From contig JBBTSD010000001.1 of NCBI GenBank assembly GCA_038064835.1, positions 28,422-92,421 on the forward strand: DNA of 64,000 nt, in the 5' to 3' direction. Positions 15,001 through 24,000 of this stretch are shown here, piece after piece (the stretch's first letter is position 1; each line of letters starts with the position of its first letter). A program made the translations under genes and the position numbers. Source of the DNA: Patescibacteria group bacterium. Its GTDB lineage: Bacteria > Patescibacteriota > Minisyncoccia > Phycocordibacterales > UBA2100. The notes beneath the pieces are model-generated. The model searched no databases. It worked only from the letters and a program-made list of their open reading frames with translations, and was not told where the DNA came from.

Positions 15001-18000
15001 TCCGTGATTAATCAGCGCTGGGCTGAGAACATAGAAAAGGCCCTTGCTATCCTGCCGGGGGGTAGTGCGGTGATTGCAGTGGGTGCAAGGCACCTGATCG
15101 ATATCCCCATGACACCATCACGACTTCCCGAGTATCGCGCCTTAATCGGGCAGTCGATTCAAGGGGCCTTGGCCGCGCGTGGTATAGGAGTCGTAATCAT
15201 ACTGCCGAATAATTATACCAATGTCAGTGGTATTTCTCGCATAAAGGCCGCGATTGCTTTCGTCGAGATGTCTGCGGTAATGCGCAGTACTGCTCCGATC
15301 TTAGCAGTGCCACCCACCCCCAAGTTAGTGCAACCCCCAACAGAAGCCGTGAGACCGTCTCGTACCAAGGTGTATGAGAGGCCTGGCAGGTTCTCCCCGG
15401 GCAATGGGTTGTTACCAAGGGATAAGGCGCCTACTCGACCAAATCGCCCCACCCGCCAGCCCCTCACCCGCGCGGCATTAAGGGCATCGCGAGAACGATT
15501 GGGTGGCGTCCCTGGCGTTACGACTCGTTTGTCGAATCGGTTTGCAAAAGTTGTAGCAATTGCGTGGAGGATTGGACACGGACATGCGCTCGAAAAGCAT
15601 GGGCCGACCATCGGAACTATTGATCCTGTAGTTCTTTCCCGCATTGTTGCCCGAACGATGCTTGCTGGCATCACAATTTCACGCTCGCCACGAGCAACTG
15701 TGTATGTGGATGCGGAATCACGCATTATCGTTATTCGCGACAGGAATTCTCGGAGCAGTGTGGGTGTGGCAGATGCAGGGACAGTGTATCGGCTTCCGAC
15801 AGGAAGCGGCGACCCCGTTGCATACGCAACAGAAAAGGCCGAAGAGATTTTCAAGAATGATGTTGCGCGAGCAATTGTCGCGGAACATGGTGCAGAGATG
15901 ATTGCTTCGGGGCAGTGGCCAGTAACCAATCCTTCAAGCTTGCGCAACTACATCACAGCGTCAATGACGCAGGGTGTTGAGCAGATGACCCCCTCAGGCG
16001 CTAGGGTATTCGTTGACTCAAAACGCAACACCATCGTACGCGTGAGCCCGGGCGCTTCCGTTGTTGCGACGGCACAAAAATTCGCAAATAGAGAGGCTCT
16101 ACAAGAAGGACTTGCACAAATTATGGGGGGCATGCAAGTGACGCCGAGCCCAACAGTTGCCATAGTTCGTTCACAACCACTGGCACCAGGTGTGGTAGAA
16201 GGCCCACGCTCTTCTGTGCGGCTTGAAAACGCGGCATTTGGTCGTCTTGCGCAAGGACTCTCCGTTACTGAGCGAACGAGTCTGAAACAGGTATTCGATA
16301 CACTGCTTGCGACGAATGACTCGTTCCGTGCACAAATACATGCTTTTGGGCAACCGGATGTCACCGCGGTACAACGGGACGCACTGCGCCCAGCATTGCT
16401 CGCGCAAATTTCTGCCGGAAATCAGGTGTCGGCTACTGCCGCTCAACGGCAAAGCAACCCTAGAGGCCTTGTTGCACGCATTGTAGACGCATTCCGCTAC
16501 GCGCTCAGCGGAATGCGGAGTGGGAATACGAGCACCACCAACATGTTCGGTGCGGCCCTCCTTGAAAAGTTCTTCACCAACTTCTCTGCGCGCATGGTGC
16601 AAACCCGCAATGTGGTGCAGTCTGAGCAGCAGACAACCTCACTTACTTTATCAGCGGTGCAACCGATTCCTGGAACGGGTGCTCTGCGGCGATTTGGTGC
16701 GGCAGGTGTCGAAGTGGCCAAGATCTTTTTCGGTATCACCCCGCGTCCGACAAGCGGCTCGGTTTTTGCCACAGATTCTTTCGGTGCAAATGTGCCGGAA
16801 GAAATCCCTAGCGAAGTGATTGATAATCTGCCTGAACTTAATCAGACCAGTCCAGCCATTGCTTCAAGAGTCATTTTGCCACCCGAGGTTTTGAACGATG
16901 GTGGGATTGATTCCTATCCCGTTAGCCGAGAAACGCTTGTCGATACTATTGGTGGTCGTTTTCATCCGCTTGATACAAAACCGACATCCCAAGCGGCACA
17001 GTTTGTCACCGCCGCACTCTTTAAAGGATTTTTGAATGTCTCTTCTGTTGTTAAAATCGGCGACCGATTCTATTCATACGAGGCCCCTGGAACAATGGCA
17101 CATCCCACTGCAGGTTACCCTGCTTTTGATGCAACAAAGAAAGCCTCTCTCGAGGCCGACCTCGAGATTCTGAGGCTGGTTATGCATGATCTTGATCATA
17201 AAGCACCCAATCTCCACAATGTTGCTTTGTTGGAAGACGGGAATTATATGATTTTTGATTTCGAATTCTCGCATGATGGGTTCTGGCGTGGTTGGAGACT
17301 TTCGATTGAAACCGACGACCGTATTGTACAAAGAATCATGCTGACGAAGCTTCAGCGACTTCAGAGTTTCTATCAATCCGATGAAGGAGTGGCTCTCATG
17401 AAATCTGTGTTTGCTCGCGCTGGTGTTCCTCTGGAGGAGATATTTGAAAACCCGGCTAGCCAAGGAGAAAAAGATGCAAGCACCGCGGCATTTCATGCAA
17501 GGTTTATGGAACGGATTGCTATCGGTATTTCAGACCTTAGAGAGAAACTTGGTCCGGCTGATTTGTCAGTAGCTAATCGTGCTCTTGACAACTTGGTAGC
17601 AACCGCACCTCGTCCCGCTTCCGTGGATGCACCTGCCCCAGCCCAAGAGAACGACCTTCTCGATCGAATTGATACTACAGAGAATCTAATCAGTGCCCTT
17701 CAGGTGATAGTTCGGCAAGGACAATTAAATACTGCTGATGTTGGAAGAATCGCTGAGGTGTCGGTCGCGCTCGACAATGCCGCTACTGCGATGAGGAACG
17801 GAAATATGGCAGTGGCTGGAACTGAAGTGTCTGTAGCGGAAGCACTCATAAACGACCTGGCTGTCAGCAAACCAGCTCTCGTCGCGCAGGCTCGCGCAGC
17901 ACAACCAGGGCGCCCACTGCCGGCAGGTGCGGGTGTGCCGGAAGGAACCCCGCTCACTAAAGCTGAAATACTAGGCAACTTGTGGTACGAAGAAAATCAT

Positions 18001-21000
18001 TCAGTAAATAATCCAGACAGTCATAACTACAGAGCATCAGTCTTTTTGAACGGGAAACTTTATTCAGTGTTCTTTCTGTATAATATGAGTACAGATCTGG
18101 ATGGAGAGAGGGTTTTACATATCGAACTAATCAGGAGTAGCGGGCAACCAGGTGTCTTCCAATCACTGCTTGCATTTGTCGCTGATCGAATTATCGCCGA
18201 AGGAGCCACTAAAGTTGACTGGTTTACGACGGCGAGCGAGACCACCCCCAATACTCATTTTGATGTAACGCGATTGAACGCGCTTTATTCGCGCATAGCG
18301 CGTTTTCCTGGATCAACAAAAAAGCCAAGATCTCGGAATACTTACTCTGGCTTTGACTACAGCGTGCCAGCCCGTGCATTTATTGGATTCCTAAGGAATG
18401 TAGGAATTTCGCCTCGAGGTACAATAATCACTCCCGAAGAAGCTAAAAATATATTAATCGATTCAATGGGTCGAGGAAGTCCTACTTCAGTGGAAGTAAT
18501 TGTACCTGAACAAGTTCAAGCTACTCCTCAGCCCGCGATACCACCTGCACCCCAGGCTGATGCACCTGCCCCGGTCCAAGAGGACAGAGGTGCTCAGGGT
18601 GTCGCCTCTCGGTTCGTCGCTACTCCCAAACTAATCGATGAGCGCAATCGTCTTGCCGCCGCGTCCCGAGGGTTCGTTGGGCGCGTTTTGGAACGCGCTC
18701 GTGGAGAGTTGGTGCCGATTGAAGTGGGGCGAGTGAGCATTGGGGCCGCAGGAAATACGCGCATTTCCGGCATCACTGGCTATAGAGTAAACGACCGCGG
18801 TGAATCTTTCTTGCCAACTGCAGTAGGAGGAAGCTATATCCAAATACGCACGCCACGCGTGGGCCTGATGCGCGCACTCGCAGAGGAGCTTGGTGTTGCC
18901 GCTCCGGCGACGCCAAACCTGGCACCGATTGGTTTTGCAGGGCCAGTACCAGATGACCGCGCGCGCTCAGCGCCTGCGCAAGCTCAAGATGCGCCTGGTA
19001 GCCAAGCAGATACGATAGATGAGACACCTATTTCTGACGACAACAGTCTGCCACGCATATTTGAACGGGAAATCGCGGCAAGAGAGCAAGAGATTCGTGA
19101 ACGGGAATTGGCGATACCTGCAGAAGCTCCCACACCTTCATTGCCTGCGCCTCGTACCAGCGCCGAAATCCGTGCTGCCGCGCGTGTAGCATTACCCACA
19201 CCACCAGCTGCACCAGTACTTCCTGCGCCAGTTCGTCCTCTACCGGCTCCATTTCGCCCCGCTCTGCGCACCACAGCTTTGCCATCACCACTGCCAGCAG
19301 TACTTCCACCACCACTCCCGCCGGTGGCCACCCCACTCGCACCAGATCGCGCACTGCCTCCACCGCTGACGCCTGAGCAGATACAGGCAAGCTTTGCCGC
19401 ACCAAGTTCACCGCTCATTGAGCCAGCTGCGCTCGATGTGATTTCTGCGTGGGCCGCTGCTCGAGAGGATGCAGACACAGAGATTGCGAGGACACAAGAG
19501 GAACCAGTGGTGCTTCGACCAGGTGTTGAGATCCTGACAACTGACCCAACGCGGTCGTTGCAAGTGCGAATAGGAAGCGCAGAAGTTCCATTCAGATGGA
19601 ATGGATCACCAGAAATACGATTTGCCGGAGATGTGCGTCCACAAGCGGTACCGCTCGAAGGACGCGCATTCCCACTGCAGGACTATGTGCAAGCAATCGT
19701 TAACAACGAACCGGGTGTAAGTGGTGATGTGACAGCATATCCGATTTCCCGTCAAAATAATGTGAGTAGTGTAGGTACTCGAGGAATCGTGGTCGCTACG
19801 CCAAATCCAAAATTGGTGGGCAAGAGGTTGGTTATAACAGGTATCGGTGTTGTGCGATTGTTGCCACGCGCAGATGGAAGAGGAGCCGAGTTTGTTATTG
19901 AAGCACCAGATCCAACGCGAACATACGCAGGAGTGCATGGGTTCCCAAGTGGGGAATCTGTGGATGCTGCTGGAAATATTTCCTCGGTGTTTGATACATC
20001 GCCATTCGGCGCGTATACCCCATACGAATTGGACGCAAAAATTAGATTTACACAAGCTTTTTCTCCAAGGTACGGGATTGAAGTGGTGGCCGCTGGTATG
20101 TACGAAGGAACACAGATGGGGTGGTTTGCATACACGCTTCCCGACACAGTTCTTTCTCCGGAGGAGACCATGGTGGCCGATGTCGCGCTTCCTGGTCCCG
20201 CAGGGAGGATTTACGGTGCTGCTCTGGGATCACTATTTGCAGAAATTCGACGCTGGCATGATATGGGGATCGTCCATGGTTCGCTACACCCAGGAAATTG
20301 GTATGTCGACAGTCGGACGGGTAGGCCGACGGCTCTTCTCACTGATCTTGGAGCGGCATCATTGTTAAGCGATCCGCATGCCGAAGAACAAGTTGCGGGG
20401 CGGGTGCCGGCACCTGAAATAACAGCTCGCCTTGATTCCCTAGGAAAAATGACTCCTGCAGAAAAGAAAAAATTCCTTGATATTTCAACTGCCCTGTACC
20501 GCAATACCGCCTTTGTTTTTGGGCCCAGGACTCATGGTCTTCTTGCAGAGCAGACTGCACAGGGGTTGCAATTAGAGTCTTCCCTCCCTATCCCTATTCG
20601 TGGCCTTTCTGGTGCACAAGTGTTATACATGCTCGACTTGGCGGCGCGCGCCATGCACAGTTACCTAAAGGAACCAGCCACAGCACAATCTCTAGATGTC
20701 GTGCGAGGGTACTTAGTAAATAGGCACCAACAGCTTGCGGTCGCAGCTGCGAATCGCCTGGGTATTTACCAAGGATCAAATATTTCGGAACTTGTTCACT
20801 TGGTTGGACTCACGGGTGTTCCGTTTACCACAGCAACTTTCGAACTTGTCGAGGAGATTAGTCTTGATTTGGCCCGCGGGCAAGGCACCTATGTTTCCTT
20901 GGTCACACCGACGGTTGAATCGGTGACGCTGGAAGATGTTTCTGTTTGGGCATCAACACGAGAGTCTGCAGACGCAGAGCTTACGCGTGTACAGGATGAA

Positions 21001-24000
21001 GCTGTGGCGCTTTCAGGACTTGCACAGGCACTGCGACAAAATGTGGCGACTATGCGCGCGGCGGAAGCAGGAATGGATCCGGCTGGAATTCCTGCATGGC
21101 AAATAGCGCAACGACACTACGAGTCAGCTGCAGAAGTGCTTGATAATGCTGTGGCCATGGGTATGTCAGGTGGGTCTGCACTGAGCGAAGCGCAGGCGCT
21201 CATGACGCTTGCAGGCGATGCGGAAAAAACAGCAACAGTCGCAACTGCGCGCAGTGAGGCGAATGTTCGTGCTCGCGATATGCAAGGATTTGCACGACGC
21301 ACGCTCGCGCGTATGACTGGCACAGGAAATCTTGATGCTGCGATCAAGTTTGTAACTGCCCGACAACGAGCACTTGGGGCCGAGCAAGCATTTCTTGCGG
21401 GACGCACTGCGGATGGCAATCGGCTCGCAAACCAAGCTGAGGACTTGTGGGTAGACGCTTCGATAATCGACAAGATAGGGAATCTACAGAAGCTTATTGC
21501 AGAAGTGAATACGCTTGCGCGCGGAACGCCGGAGGCCGATGATATTGAAAACTTGCTTTTGGATATTGCTCGTGAAGGTGCGAACAGGGTCAATGTGTGG
21601 GTGGATGGAGCGACCAGTGTCTCGCCTGCAGAGTGGTTTGATAATGCGATTCGTACTGTTGAGCCGCTCCACACTCGGTTGTTGCGCGATCGCATGACTC
21701 AGTTCGAAGCGAATGTGAACACGGCGGTTACTGGCGAGATTCCAGGGCTTGTTGCCGCAAACGACAACCGACCTGAGATAGAATTGTTGCGTGAGCAAGC
21801 TGCGGGTCTTGCTGGATTAATGCGAGGTGAAGCAGACCGCATACAGCAAATGATCAACGAAGGCGGCGTGCATCCTGATGAATTCGCGCTGTGGGAAACT
21901 GCGCGCGTTACTTTTGGTCGCGCCGCTGACACTTTTGCGCAAGAAGTAGATGCCACCGATGTTGCTGCAATGTCTGCGATTGGCCGCGAAGCGCTTGAAT
22001 TGGCACAAACGGCGTCTGGATTTGAACAAACAGCCCGCGATGCAGAGCGGACTCGCACACAACCCGCGCCACAAAAAAGGCTTGCCGAGAGAATCCTTGA
22101 TGCAGTTGCGGCCGCCGGTGGCGTACCTGAATCTGTGGCAGATACTGCCGCACCAACAGAAGTGCGAGAACGGCTAATAGACAGGATTGCTCGTTCCCGA
22201 GCAGGAATTCAGGTACGCAATGTATACCGTGGCGCACAACAAGGTGTTGAAGAATCTGATCCGCAAACAATCGTGGAGGATGCTGCAGGCTCGGGCAATT
22301 CGTTGGGAACGTCACGACCAAATGCAGAGCCAAGTCTCGGAGAAATTATCGCAGCTATTAGCGCGGACGCATCTGGTGTTGGCAGAAGCACAACAGAAGG
22401 ACAAAATCCAACATCTTCGTTCACGGACACTCTGGACGCTGACGATGCGGTGGCCGCACGAGATGCGGTGGCCACCGCATTGAGAAATAGTAACAACTTG
22501 GATGCGGCCGACCGAACCCCTGATGTTGTCGAGCGGGAAGAGCTGAATGAAATAGCTTTTGACGCGTACACGAACGCGCGCGACTTGTACTCTCAAGCGC
22601 GCACAGCAACAGCTGAATCTGATGTGGCGCAATTGCGTGGTTTTGCACAAGATGCCATGAATCGTGGCGATCTTGCGGCACAAGGTGCGAATAGCAACAG
22701 TCCAAATGAACGAGCGCGTATTCGCACAGTCCTCGATACACAAGTAGGTGGTGGTGCAGGTGGACCACCTCCCCCTCCAACGGGAGGTAATGGAGGAGGA
22801 GGAGGTAATGGCGGATCTTCTGGCGCGTCGAATGATGACCTTCCTACATTTATAACTAGAAAGAGTGGTAATGGAGGAAGTGCCTCAAATCCCATAAACG
22901 CAGGTGGCGGGTCTGGGGGCACTGATGACGGAAGAGTTAGAAGAATGACACAAATACTGCTCAATTTGTTGCGAGCGATTTTCAACTCGGAGGAGCAGGA
23001 ACAGCCAAAACCACTCCCACCTCTTCCACCCGCAGGGGATTCCGCAAGACGAGACCGTGTGGTGCCACCCGCTATACCCCCGAAGGGACCTTCTGATGCT
23101 GTACGGCGAGATTTTGAAGATTTGGCACGCAGATTCAGTCCGCCACCAGCGCCGCCTCCTATGCCACCTTCGCCTGACATACGCCCCGGCGACTTCTACC
23201 CAAGATACAACTTGGACGGCACAATCAAAGAAGTTGTTCCGCGAGATGGCAGTGCACCGCGTGGTCCGGATACTCCTGAATACGATGCGGTTATCGCAGA
23301 TATGAGGCGTCGCGGGGAAGATGCACGCGTTCCCGACGGGGCACCTCCCGCCATGCCACCGGCACCTCCCGCCCCAGTTATGCCGCCTCCAGTTGCGCGT
23401 CCCGCACCTGTCGCGCCACCCCCAGCCACGGCACGACCGGCGGCAGATCCAGCTGCACCACCGCCTGCTCGTCGCCGGACTACCGCAGATCCAACACCCG
23501 CAGCGCGCCCTGCTGGCGCAACAACCCCACGCGGAGGTGCCACTCCAGGCACTAGTCCGGCAGGCGGTCCCGGCTCTATTCTCCCTCAGATAAGTAGTCT
23601 CTTCGACCAACTTATGAAGCTCTTTGGAAAGACCCCTCCGGCAGGCGCAGGTGGACTAGGTGGCTCACCACTTAATGGGCTTGGCCAACCCGCGGTGCCA
23701 ACAAATCCTTGTGCGCGGTATCCAGGGACGACACTCGTAAACAACCGATGTACTTGTGCGACGGGGTATGGGTGGAACGGCACGCGGTGCGCCACAAAGA
23801 ATGGCACTCCGGCACCAACTCCGGGGAAACCTGGTCCACAGGCCGATCTCGGCTGTTCGCCTGAAGAAGCGCGGGAAGGCGAAGCAATTGTGTTTGCCTG
23901 GAGTTGTCAGAATTCTGATACTGTTTCCGCTGTTGGATTTAATCCTGAGGGATTCATGGTTGATTCCAAAGAAGGAAAGATGCCAAAGCCGCCAGAAGGA

